Assembly (NCBI GenBank): GCA_964605185.1
Contig: CAZSBF010000005.1
Span: 3,625-67,624, forward strand
From: an uncultured Planctomycetaceae bacterium
GTDB taxonomy: Bacteria; Planctomycetota; Phycisphaerae; UBA1845; UTPLA1
Reading direction: 5' to 3'
Length of the DNA: 64,000 nt
How positions within the stretch are numbered: the stretch's first letter is position 1; every line of letters begins with the position of its first letter. Below are positions 8,915 to 17,573 of this stretch, piece after piece. Below the pieces are notes generated by a model. That model was given only the letters and a program-made list of their open reading frames with translations, was not told the DNA's origin and searched no databases. Both the position numbers and the translations under genes were made by a program.

Positions 8915-11001
8915 AATTCCTTTCATTGCAGACGGCCCTTTGGGCAACGGCCATTGCGATCCCGTTGCTGCTCCTTTTGTATTTTCTCAAACTCCGGCGC
9001 ATCGAAAGGACCATCTCCTCCACACTTCTCTGGAAGAAGGCTGTGCAGGACTTGCAGGTCAATTCGCCATTCCAGCGACTGCGAAAGAACCTTCTCCTGT
9101 TCCTGCAGTTGCTTGTGCTCGCCGCCGTGCTCTTCGGCCTTGCAAATCCCATTGCGAACATGAATCGCGTGCCCGGCCGCCGGGTCGTCCTGCTCGTCGA
9201 TCACTCCGGCTCCATGAACGCGATTGAAGCGGACGGCAAGCCGCGCCTCGATCACGCCAAACGGGCCGCCGTTGGCTTCGTGGATGAAATGCCGGCGGAT
9301 TCGAGGGCCATGGTTATTAGTTTTGCCGACCGTGCCTCGGTGGTGTGCAGTTTCACCGATGACAAACGACGCCTTCGCGAGCTGATCCGCGCTATCCCGA
9401 CGACTGACAGTCCGAGCCGCATTGGCGAAGCGATGCAACTCGCCGCGGCCCAGGGCTTGCAGGGCGAAAAGGACGCAGCGGGAGCCGACGCCGCTCAAAC
9501 CCCACAGGCGTCGCCGATCGAAGTCCAATTGTTCAGCGATGGCCGTATTGCCGATATCGGCGGCGGCGCGGAATCAGCGGCGACCGAAGCGCCGGCGGCC
9601 GATCCCGTGCCACGCGCCGACCCCCGCACAGCACAAGCTGAACTCGATCTCCGGGCCATCGATCGCGTGCAGTACTTTCGCATAGGCGAATCCGTCGACA
9701 ACGTGGGCATCGTTGCATTTGACGTGCGCCGCGACTTTGAACGTCCGGGGTTCCTTTCCTTTTTCGTCGAGGTAGAGAATTTCGGGCCGGCGGCGGTGAC
9801 ATCCGACGTGACGCTTTCGCTTGATGGGAAGCTGCTGCCCGGCTCGGGGGCGGTGCAGGAGGTGACGCTCGGCCCCGCAATAAGTGCGAAGGGCGAAGCG
9901 ATTACCAGTCGGCCGGCATCGAGCGACACGCCATCGAGCCGAACAATCCTCTTTGAGTTCGAGCACGATGCCGAAGGCGTGGTCACCATCCGGTGGGAGC
10001 GGCCGGATGCCCTGGCAATCGACAATTCCGTAAGTGCTCCGATCGAGCCGCCTCGGCCAATTCGCGTGCTAATCGTCTCAAACCGGCCGATTGTGGACTT
10101 CTGGGTTCGCCGTCCCATGGCAGATTTCGGCGTGCGCAGTGTGGAGTCAATTTCGACAAAGCAATATGAAGCCGCGCCGGAGTCCAAGCTCAGTGTCGAC
10201 GGGCGCAGCGCGTATGACGTCGTAATCCTCGATAACTACGACACGGATCGCCTGCCGCCGGGCAACTATGTCTTTTTCAATGGTCTGCCAAAGATCGAGG
10301 GGGTTTCACGCGGCGACGAGGTCGTCGGCAAACCTCTGGTATACGGCCGCGAGCTGCATCCGCTTCTTCGCGCGGTGAGTTACGAATCCATCTACGTCGG
10401 TCGTTGGCGCCGCCTGAAGTTGCCCGCGTATGCGATGCCGCTGATCGAAGGTGAGGATTCCACGGTGGCGGCGCTGCTCGCCGACCCGGGCCATCGTTAT
10501 GTCATCCTTGCGTTCGACCTGCTGGAGAGTGATTTCAGTTTTCGACCGTCGTTTCCCATGTTCCTTCAGAACATCGTTGGGTACCTCGCCGGTGGCGGCG
10601 TCTCCGAGACAGGGCGAATGGCAAGGCCCGGCGAGACGGTGACGATTCCCGTTCCCGGTGCCGCGGAGAAGTTAACCGTGCGCCGTCCCGACGGAACCGA
10701 TCAGGCGCTGGACACGGGCGGCCGCATGACCATGCAATTTGCATCGACGCGCGACGTCGGCGTCTTTCGAGCCACGTTTGACGACGCGAAGAAGTCCGGC
10801 GAGGCCTTCACCGTGAATCTGCTCGATGCCACCGAGTCGCGTATTGAACCGAAGAAGGAAGTCGCGATGGCGGGGCAGCGGGCCGAATCGGTGGAAGATG
10901 CGCGTAAGGTGCCACAATCGCTCTGGCCTTATGCGGTGGCCGCCGCTCTAGCATTCGTCATATTGGAGTGGTGGGTGTACAACCGTCGCGTGATGGTCTG
11001 A
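8911..11001 (+). CDS. BatA-like N-terminal TM domain + von Willebrand factor A domain protein
   Basis: N-terminus LWATAIAIPLLLLLYFLKLRRIERTISSTLLW (aerotolerance BatA N-terminal type). vWA MIDAS VVLLVDHSGSM. C-terminal TM helix WPYAVAAALAFVILEWWVY. Confidence 0.8.
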   Translation: MKFLSLQTALWATAIAIPLLLLLYFLKLRRIERTISSTLLWKKAVQDLQVNSPFQRLRKNLLLFLQLLVLAAVLFGLANPIANMNRVPGRRVVLLVDHSGSMNAIEADGKPRLDHAKRAAVGFVDEMPADSRAMVISFADRASVVCSFTDDKRRLRELIRAIPTTDSPSRIGEAMQLAAAQGLQGEKDAAGADAAQTPQASPIEVQLFSDGRIADIGGGAESAATEAPAADPVPRADPRTAQAELDLRAIDRVQYFRIGESVDNVGIVAFDVRRDFERPGFLSFFVEVENFGPAAVTSDVTLSLDGKLLPGSGAVQEVTLGPAISAKGEAITSRPASSDTPSSRTILFEFEHDAEGVVTIRWERPDALAIDNSVSAPIEPPRPIRVLIVSNRPIVDFWVRRPMADFGVRSVESISTKQYEAAPESKLSVDGRSAYDVVILDNYDTDRLPPGNYVFFNGLPKIEGVSRGDEVVGKPLVYGRELHPLLRAVSYESIYVGRWRRLKLPAYAMPLIEGEDSTVAALLADPGHRYVILAFDLLESDFSFRPSFPMFLQNIVGYLAGGGVSETGRMARPGETVTIPVPGAAEKLTVRRPDGTDQALDTGGRMTMQFASTRDVGVFRATFDDAKKSGEAFTVNLLDATESRIEPKKEVAMAGQRAESVEDARKVPQSLWPYAVAAALAFVILEWWVYNRRVMV

Positions 11002-11091
11002 CAGTCGGCGCGTGATGCCGGCAGGTCCGCAACGATTCATCTAGAGCAGCCGATGCAATGCTCGCCGAGGCGAGGTGGGAGTCATATCACT

Positions 11092-12366
11092 ATGTCACGA
11101 CGTTTGATGGTCGTTGGGTGCGGTCTAGTCGGTTCAATCATGGGTTGCGTCTCCGGGTGTGCTCAATCGGCCTGGCCGCAGTGGGGCGGGCCGAACCGCA
11201 ATTTCACCGTGGCCTCCGGTCGTTTGGCCGAAACATGGCCCGAAGGCGGTCCGAAGCGTTTGTGGAGCCGGGCCCTGGGCGATGGCTACTCCACCATCGT
11301 GTCTGACGGTACCACGCTCTACACGATGTACCGCAAGGACAAGGACGACCCGAACGAACACGTGATCGCCCTCGATGCCGCAACCGGCGCGACCCGCTGG
11401 GAACATTCCTACCCAGCGCCCTACTTGTGCATCGATCCGAATGATGAAGACAAGAAGCAAACGCCGCAATTCGGCGCCGGCCCGAACGGCACGCCCGTGC
11501 TTGTCAGCGGCCGACTGTATTCCATCGGCTTCACCGGCATGATGTGCTGCCTCGATGCCGCCACTGGAAAGCAGATCTGGTCCCACGATCTGTTCAAGGA
11601 GTATGGCGCGACGATGCTTGTCTGCGGATATGCAGCGAGCCCGATCGCTTATCACGACACGATCATCGCGCTGGTCGGCGGCAAGGGACACGGTGTAATG
11701 GCATTCGACCAATCTACGGGAAAAGTGGTTTGGCAGAGCGGCGACATGGATTGCAGTTATTCCTCGCCGGTGTTGACGACAGTCGATGGGGAAGATCACC
11801 TCGTCGCGTACATGTCGGGCGAAGTGGTCGGCTTGTCGCCGAAATCCGGCGAAATCCACTGGAGCATTACACACCGCAATCCGGTGAACTCGAATTGCAT
11901 TTGCACGCCAATCGCCTGCCCGAATCATCAGATCTACTTCGTCAACGGCGGCGACTCGGCCGGTGGAAAAATGGTTCGCCTAGCCAGGAAGGGGGGCAAG
12001 ATCCAGCCCGATGAAATCTGGGCCAACAAGAAACTCGCCGGTGGCTTGACGGATGCCGTGCGAATCGGTGATCACTTTTACGGGGGCAACGGTCGCGGCT
12101 TCTTCGTTGGCTTCAACGCAAAGACCGGACAGATCGCATGGCAGGAACGCGGCTACCCCAGTGCCCGCGCCATTGCCGCCGATGGAAAACTGATTCTTCT
12201 GGACGAGGAGGGTCGTTTGTCGCTGGTCACGGCGACACCGGGCGGGTTGGTTCAGCACGGAAAGGCGACGTTGCTGACGAAAGAAGCCTGGTCGGCGCCC
12301 ACCCTTATTGGGACAAAGCTCTACTTGCGTGATCGCAAAACGATTATGGGCGTGGACTTAGGATAA
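11092..12366 (+). CDS. PQQ-like beta-propeller repeat lipoprotein
   Basis: Lipobox VSGC after a hydrophobic leader. WPQWGGPNRNF start and repeated G-x-v-W beta-propeller blades (ATGATRWE, ATGKQIWS, STGKVVWQ, KSGEIHWS, KTGQIAWQ). Confidence 0.8.
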   Translation: MSRRLMVVGCGLVGSIMGCVSGCAQSAWPQWGGPNRNFTVASGRLAETWPEGGPKRLWSRALGDGYSTIVSDGTTLYTMYRKDKDDPNEHVIALDAATGATRWEHSYPAPYLCIDPNDEDKKQTPQFGAGPNGTPVLVSGRLYSIGFTGMMCCLDAATGKQIWSHDLFKEYGATMLVCGYAASPIAYHDTIIALVGGKGHGVMAFDQSTGKVVWQSGDMDCSYSSPVLTTVDGEDHLVAYMSGEVVGLSPKSGEIHWSITHRNPVNSNCICTPIACPNHQIYFVNGGDSAGGKMVRLARKGGKIQPDEIWANKKLAGGLTDAVRIGDHFYGGNGRGFFVGFNAKTGQIAWQERGYPSARAIAADGKLILLDEEGRLSLVTATPGGLVQHGKATLLTKEAWSAPTLIGTKLYLRDRKTIMGVDLG

Positions 12367-12479
12367 TCCGCGACAACCGGCGATTGCCGTTCCAACGCCT
12401 TGCCCGAATTGGGGTTTCCCCTGAAGATACCCTCAAACCAATAAGTCCTCGCGCATGCGAGAAATAGAGGGTAATTCTT

Positions 12480-12611
12480 ATGTTTGGACTTCTCGGTGGA
12501 TTCAGCCTGAGCGATCTGATCTTTCCGCTCCTCGTCGGCGTGTTTTACTTCGTCAACGACATCATTCGGATGCTCTTTCCGGCCATCTTCAATCCAACCG
12601 GAATGATGTAA
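12480..12611 (+). CDS. putative small hydrophobic peptide (43 aa)
   Basis: ATG after AGAGGG. MFGLLGGFSLSDLIFPLLVGVFYFVNDIIRMLFPAIFNPTGMM. Weak resemblance to the 4088..4210 peptide. No other support. Confidence 0.25.
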   Translation: MFGLLGGFSLSDLIFPLLVGVFYFVNDIIRMLFPAIFNPTGMM

Positions 12612-12842
12612 CCGGAGCACATGCGGCGACCTCATTACCAAAATGACGGGTCGATGGTCATTCGTGCGCGGACGACTATCGCGAACCACCAAAATGGCAG
12701 AAGCCAAACGCTTCCGGTACAGTCGTCGCAACGTTTCGGTGCAGCATTAGTGATTGGCCAATACAGCAACACAATTCTCCTGCACCGTCATGTGCGGATT
12801 TCTTGAGCACGCATTTTCACCACCACTTTCATTGAGGGTGCG

Positions 12843-13826
12843 ATGACAAAGGACATTTTCGTTTTCGTCGAACAGCGCAGCGGCGCCGTCCTTTCTGCGG
12901 GGCTTCAGGCCCTGTCCGCGGCGACGCAACTCGCCGCCAAGACCGGTGGCAAGGTAGTGGCCGGAATCATCGGTCATGATCTCGGCAGCGTGGCTGCCAA
13001 GATCGACAACACCGGCGCAGCGGCGGTCCATGTCTGTGATGCGGAGCCGCTCAAGAACTACAACGCGTTGAAATACACCCGCGCGCTGGTGGGGATGATT
13101 CAAAAGGCCGATCCGCAGATCGTGCTGTTGGCGGCTTCCTTCATGGGACGCGACCTGGCCCCGCGCGTGGCCATGCGGCTCGATGCGGGCCTGGCCACCG
13201 ATTGCACGGAAGTGGATATCGAAGGTGGCGCGCTCATTGCACGACGCCCAATTTACAACGGTAAGGCCTACAGCCGCGTGCATTTCAACGGCGGTCGTGT
13301 GCAAATGGCGTCGGTCCGGCCGAACACCTTTCCACTCCCCAGCGGCGGCGGCGCGGCCGAGCACGTTGCTTTTGCATATGCAGCCGATGCCGCGGACGAC
13401 CGGCAAATCACCAAAGAAATTGCCCGTACTGGCGGGGAAGAAAAAGACGTCACCGAGGCCTCCATTGTGGTTAGCGGTGGTCGCAGCCTCAAGAGCGAGG
13501 CGAATTTCAAGATACTCTATGACCTCGCTCATGCTCTCGATGGCGCGGTGGGTGCCAGCCGGGCGGCCTGCGACGCGGGTTATCAGCCGCACAGCCGGCA
13601 GGTCGGCCTCACAGGCAAGACGGTGACGCCGCAGTTGTACGTGGCGTGCGGTATCAGCGGCGCAATCCAGCATCTCGCGGGCATGCGCGGCAGCCGGCGC
13701 ATCGTCGCTGTGAATACAGACGCCGAAGCGCCGATCTTCAAGGTCGCGGACATCGGCGTGGTCGGGGATCTCTTCACGTTCGTGCCACTTCTGACGGAGG
13801 AAGTGAAGAAAGTTAAGGGGCACTAG
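12843..13826 (+). CDS. etfA: electron transfer flavoprotein subunit alpha
   Basis: 327 aa. [51 protein letters not shown] and [11 protein letters not shown] are canonical EtfA FAD-domain blocks. Confidence 0.9.
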   Translation: MTKDIFVFVEQRSGAVLSAGLQALSAATQLAAKTGGKVVAGIIGHDLGSVAAKIDNTGAAAVHVCDAEPLKNYNALKYTRALVGMIQKADPQIVLLAASFMGRDLAPRVAMRLDAGLATDCTEVDIEGGALIARRPIYNGKAYSRVHFNGGRVQMASVRPNTFPLPSGGGAAEHVAFAYAADAADDRQITKEIARTGGEEKDVTEASIVVSGGRSLKSEANFKILYDLAHALDGAVGASRAACDAGYQPHSRQVGLTGKTVTPQLYVACGISGAIQHLAGMRGSRRIVAVNTDAEAPIFKVADIGVVGDLFTFVPLLTEEVKKVKGH

Positions 13827-13849
13827 GCCGCGTTAAGATTGAGATTGGA

Positions 13850-14293
13850 ATGGCAACGCTAAATCGAAGCATCTTGCAAAGTTTGGCATTGAGTCGTCTA
13901 GAGGACGCAAAGGCCTTGCTCGATAGGGGTCGATTCTCCGCTGCGTATTATCTTGCGGGATATTCAGTCGAATGTGGAATCAAGGCGTGCTTTGCGAAAC
14001 AAGTACGGGCCCATGATTTTCCAGAAAAAGGTAAGGCAGATAAGGTCTTTATTCATGATCTTGTTGAACTGGTAAAACTGGCCGGGCTGGATTCTCATCA
14101 CAAGGAGGATTGTGATCGCGATCCAGATTTTAAATCCCGCTGGAGCGTGGTGCAGAAATGGAAGGAGCATGATAGATACGACCCCCTTTGGTTGGATGAC
14201 CCAACCGCGATGAAAACCAAAGCCACGGCCATGATCCGTGCGATTGAAGATACGGATCACGGAGTCCTACAATGGTTGAAAAGATACTGGTAG
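13850..14293 (+). CDS. HEPN-like domain protein (147 aa)
   Basis: All-helical. AAYYLAGYSVECGIKA (HEPN helix-2-like), HDL--L-K--G, EHDRYD (RY motif of classical HEPN), and R130-x6-H137 (RAIEDTDH) near the C-terminus. Visibly lower GC than its neighbours. Confidence 0.6.
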   Translation: MATLNRSILQSLALSRLEDAKALLDRGRFSAAYYLAGYSVECGIKACFAKQVRAHDFPEKGKADKVFIHDLVELVKLAGLDSHHKEDCDRDPDFKSRWSVVQKWKEHDRYDPLWLDDPTAMKTKATAMIRAIEDTDHGVLQWLKRYW

Positions 14294-14712
14294 ACAGAGA
14301 AATTGCGGCAGGTGAGTCCCTCTTGAAGGAACTGGACAAGAGGAAAGTCGCTGTGACGGCGGCCTTCTGGTTCTATGAGCCGGAGTACGAGCGATGGCGT
14401 CTCGTTATTGCCATGCCGCTGTGTGACAAGGAAGGCCCTATCGTAGCATACGACCTTCTTCAAAAGGCATTGGACAAGCTGCCCAAAGATAGGCGTTTGG
14501 AATTGACCGACATCAACGCTGAAAACACCAAAAACACTGTCGTACAGGCCCTTTGCAAGATGATCCAAATTGCGCCCGGCAGCGGCAACCTGCGAGTAAG
14601 CCGCAGCTCTGTGAACGGAATCTTCATCGACGATGCAGTTGTCTATCGTACATCCATTGCGATCAAAGAACACAGAGTGTCTGCGACGAAAGCAAAGTCG
14701 CGCAAAAAGTAG
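14272..14712 (+). CDS. hypothetical protein, partner of the HEPN-like gene (146 aa)
   Basis: ATG with GGAG 9 nt upstream. Overlaps the HEPN-like gene by 22 nt and stops 3 nt before the next gene. No recognisable nucleotidyltransferase (GS-x-D-x-D) or HTH motif. Basic C-terminal tail KAKSRKK. Confidence 0.6.
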   Translation: MVEKILVDREIAAGESLLKELDKRKVAVTAAFWFYEPEYERWRLVIAMPLCDKEGPIVAYDLLQKALDKLPKDRRLELTDINAENTKNTVVQALCKMIQIAPGSGNLRVSRSSVNGIFIDDAVVYRTSIAIKEHRVSATKAKSRKK

Positions 14713-14715
14713 TTT

Positions 14716-16740
14716 ATGAACCCAATCGCAATGACACTCCTGCTCCTGGCCGCCTGGGGCTACTTCGGCATGCAAATGCTGCGCCGGTATCGCCTCATGA
14801 CGGTTGGACCGGGTGAAAACCGGCTCGACAACATCGGCGAACGAATCAAGCGAACATGGCAATATGCATTCGTGCAAAAGCGCATGCCGCGCTACTACTG
14901 GGCCGGCATCGCCCACAAAGTCATCTTCGCCGGCTTCATGGTGCTGTTGTTCCGGACGCTGCTGCTATTTGGCCGCGGGTACTCGGAGGATTTTGATTTC
15001 TGGGGCATCCTTTCCATCGACGGATTCATCGGTGGCGCGTATTCCTTTGTGAAGGATGTCTTCGCCATTCTCGTCATCCTCGGCGTGGCAGTGTTCTTTT
15101 ACTACCGCCTCGTCAAGAAACTTCCCCGAATGACGCTCTCCGGTGAAGGGTTGCTCATCCTCGGCATCATCATGACCATGATGCTCAGTGATATTCTCCA
15201 CGACGCGGCAGAGCAGGTCTTACAGGGCCGAAGCTGGACGTGGGCCGAACCTGCCGGATCGCTGGTTGCGCTTTCGTTGGCACGCGCGAGCGAAGGCACA
15301 CTCGAAGTACTTTCACGCCTCGGTTTCTGGACGCACGTAAGCCTCGTCTTGCTGTTCCTGAATCTCCTGCCCAGCAGCAAGCACTTCCACGTCATTACCG
15401 CGATTCCGAATGTCTTCACCCAGAGCCTTTTTCCCCGTGGTCGACTCCCCAACGTCGCCGACATCGAGGGCAAGATCGAGCGCGAGGAGACGCTGGGGCT
15501 GAAGTCCATCGAGCAGCTCACGTGGAAGGGCGTGCTCGATCTCTACACCTGCACCGAGTGCGGCCGCTGCACCGACAATTGCCCCGCCGCGAATACGGGC
15601 AAGCTGCTCTCGCCGAAGCAACTGACGCTCGACCTCCGCGATTACCTTTACAAGAAGGAAACGGCATTGGTCGCTGCAAGAGCCGGTGGCTCGAATGGGG
15701 ATGGGCTGGCCGAGCTGGTGCCCCATGTCATCAAGCCCGAAGTCCTCTGGGCATGCACCACCTGCGGAGCCTGCGAGACCGAGTGCCCCGTGTTCATCAC
15801 CTATGTCGACAAGATCGTCGACATGCGCCGCAACCTCGTGATGGAAAAGTCCGAGTTTCCCGCCGAGCTGCAAAACGCCTTCCGCGGCATGGAATCCAGC
15901 GGCAATCCGTGGAGTTTCCCTGCGAGCGATCGCGCCGCATGGACCGAAGGGCTCGATGTGCCGCGCATGGCCGAAAAACCCGACGCCGCCGTGCTCTTCT
16001 GGGTGGGGTGTTCAGCGTCCTTCGACGATCGGGCGCGAAAGATCGCCCGCGCCACAGCCAGCCTGCTCAAAGCTGCCGATGTCGATTTCGCCATCCTCGC
16101 GGAAGAGGAGCAATGTACGGGCGACCCGGCGCGCCGAGCGGGCAACGAGTTCCTTTTCCAAATGCTTGCCCAGATGAACGCCGAAACGCTGAACCGCTAT
16201 CAGCCCAAGACCATCGTTACGACGTGCCCGCATTGTTTCAACACGCTGCTCAACGAATATCCCGACTTCGGCGCCAAGTTCAAGGTCGTGCATCACTCCG
16301 AGTTCCTGTCGAACCTCGTCCGAGAGGGCAAGCTCAAACCATCCAACCGCATCGATGCCAAAGTCGCCTTCCACGATTCGTGCTACCTCGGCCGGTACAA
16401 CGAGATCTACGAGCCGCCGCGGGAAACGCTTCGCAAGATCCCCGGCCTCACCGTTCTTGAGCCTCGCGAAACACGAGATCGCGGCATGTGCTGCGGAGCC
16501 GGCGGCGCCCAGATGTTCAAGGAAGAAGAACACGCTCGCGAAGGCGTGACGGGCGAACGCGTCAATGAAAAGCGTACCGACCAGTTGCTCGCCACGAAAC
16601 CGGACATGGTCGCGTCGAGTTGCCCGTTCTGCCAGCGCATGTTGATCGACGGGTTGGCCGGTCGGAGTCGCGAGGATGTGCAGCAGTACGATATTGCCGA
16701 GTTGCTGTGGAAATCAGTCGAAACTCCGTCAACCAAATGA
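14716..16740 (+). CDS. membrane-anchored Fe-S oxidoreductase (NarI/HdrE-like TM domain + 2x[4Fe-4S] + two CCG domains; HdrD/GlpC-like, ETF-linked type)
   Basis: About 230-aa polytopic N-terminus. CTECGRCTDNCP and CTTCGACETECP ferredoxin motifs. Cys-rich CCG-type repeats (WVGCSASFD, CPHCFNTL, FHDSCYLGRY, MCCGAGG, SSCPFCQ). Confidence 0.85.
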   Translation: MNPIAMTLLLLAAWGYFGMQMLRRYRLMTVGPGENRLDNIGERIKRTWQYAFVQKRMPRYYWAGIAHKVIFAGFMVLLFRTLLLFGRGYSEDFDFWGILSIDGFIGGAYSFVKDVFAILVILGVAVFFYYRLVKKLPRMTLSGEGLLILGIIMTMMLSDILHDAAEQVLQGRSWTWAEPAGSLVALSLARASEGTLEVLSRLGFWTHVSLVLLFLNLLPSSKHFHVITAIPNVFTQSLFPRGRLPNVADIEGKIEREETLGLKSIEQLTWKGVLDLYTCTECGRCTDNCPAANTGKLLSPKQLTLDLRDYLYKKETALVAARAGGSNGDGLAELVPHVIKPEVLWACTTCGACETECPVFITYVDKIVDMRRNLVMEKSEFPAELQNAFRGMESSGNPWSFPASDRAAWTEGLDVPRMAEKPDAAVLFWVGCSASFDDRARKIARATASLLKAADVDFAILAEEEQCTGDPARRAGNEFLFQMLAQMNAETLNRYQPKTIVTTCPHCFNTLLNEYPDFGAKFKVVHHSEFLSNLVREGKLKPSNRIDAKVAFHDSCYLGRYNEIYEPPRETLRKIPGLTVLEPRETRDRGMCCGAGGAQMFKEEEHAREGVTGERVNEKRTDQLLATKPDMVASSCPFCQRMLIDGLAGRSREDVQQYDIAELLWKSVETPSTK

Positions 16741-16752
16741 AAGCGGTGCATC

Positions 16753-17214
16753 ATGAGTAAGGCGTACGACGAAATGCTGACCCGGCTGCCGCTGTTCATG
16801 GGATTTACGTCGCATGGAACACAAGCCGTTATCGATCAGGGAGAGATTCGCGAATGCCAAGTCGGCGATGTGCTGTTCAAGGAAGGTGATCCGGCAACGG
16901 TCGTGCTATTGGTACTCACGGGGCGATTACAGGTCTTCGTCGAGCGGGGCGGCAGCGACCTCGTACTAATGGATGCTTCGATGGGGCAGATCGTGGGTGA
17001 GTTGGCTGTTCTTTGCGGGATCAATCGATCCGCATCAGTACGAGCCGCGGAAAAATCCGTCGTATTGCAATGGTCTGCGTACCAGTTTCACCGGCTACTG
17101 TTGTCCAATGTGCTCCTATCGCAACGCGTATTTCGCGATGCACTGCGAACGCTGATCGATAAGGAGCGATCACTGATTGAATCGCTCGTCGGCACAGCCG
17201 GCGCGGGAATCTGA
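16753..17214 (+). CDS. cyclic nucleotide-binding domain protein (stand-alone, 153 aa)
   Basis: LPLFMGF...FKEGDPATVVLLVLTGRLQVF...GELAVLCGINRSASVRAAEKSVVL matches the cNMP-binding beta-roll with the phosphate-binding cassette GE-x-A...R-S-A. It starts 13 nt after the Fe-S oxidoreductase gene. Confidence 0.8.
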   Translation: MSKAYDEMLTRLPLFMGFTSHGTQAVIDQGEIRECQVGDVLFKEGDPATVVLLVLTGRLQVFVERGGSDLVLMDASMGQIVGELAVLCGINRSASVRAAEKSVVLQWSAYQFHRLLLSNVLLSQRVFRDALRTLIDKERSLIESLVGTAGAGI

Positions 17215-17300
17215 GCCGCCCTGCACGCCAATCGACGCGTGTTGATCCCCATTCGGTCATTGCACTATCATGGCTGCATCAACCATGAGGAGCGGCGCCC

Positions 17301-17516
17301 ATGCCCGGAAAATCAGACGACAACTTCAAGAAGCACTTCGAACGACAGCGCGACAAGAAAGACCGCGATCGCAAGGGCCTGCCGGGCGAAGATGAGGCCC
17401 CGTTGCCGCCTCCCGTGGAGCCGATCAAGAAGGGCAGCGACGAGCCCGGCCGAAACGACCTGTGCCCCTGCGGCAGCGGCAAGAAGTTCAAGCAGTGCTG
17501 CCTCCTGAAAAAGTAG
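17301..17516 (+). CDS. small SEC-C motif (zinc-binding) protein, 71 aa
   Basis: Highly charged N-terminus, then [18 protein letters not shown]. This is nearly identical to the SecA C-terminal tail in this window ([18 protein letters not shown]). Confidence 0.7.
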   Translation: MPGKSDDNFKKHFERQRDKKDRDRKGLPGEDEAPLPPPVEPIKKGSDEPGRNDLCPCGSGKKFKQCCLLKK

Positions 17517-17573
17517 CCATCGGCCGCCTCGTCGCCGGCCATGTCCCGATCGGAGCGTTGATCCGTCGTCATC

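Noticed and set aside
12321-12731. 136-aa minus-strand ORF in the gap upstream of etfA
   Set aside because: It overlaps the 3' end of the PQQ-repeat gene. It has no RBS and no motif, and its composition is not protein-like. The gap is better treated as non-coding, apart from a speculative 43-codon plus-strand ORF.
12747-13823. 358-aa ORF on the minus strand
   Set aside because: Antisense to etfA, which has canonical motifs.
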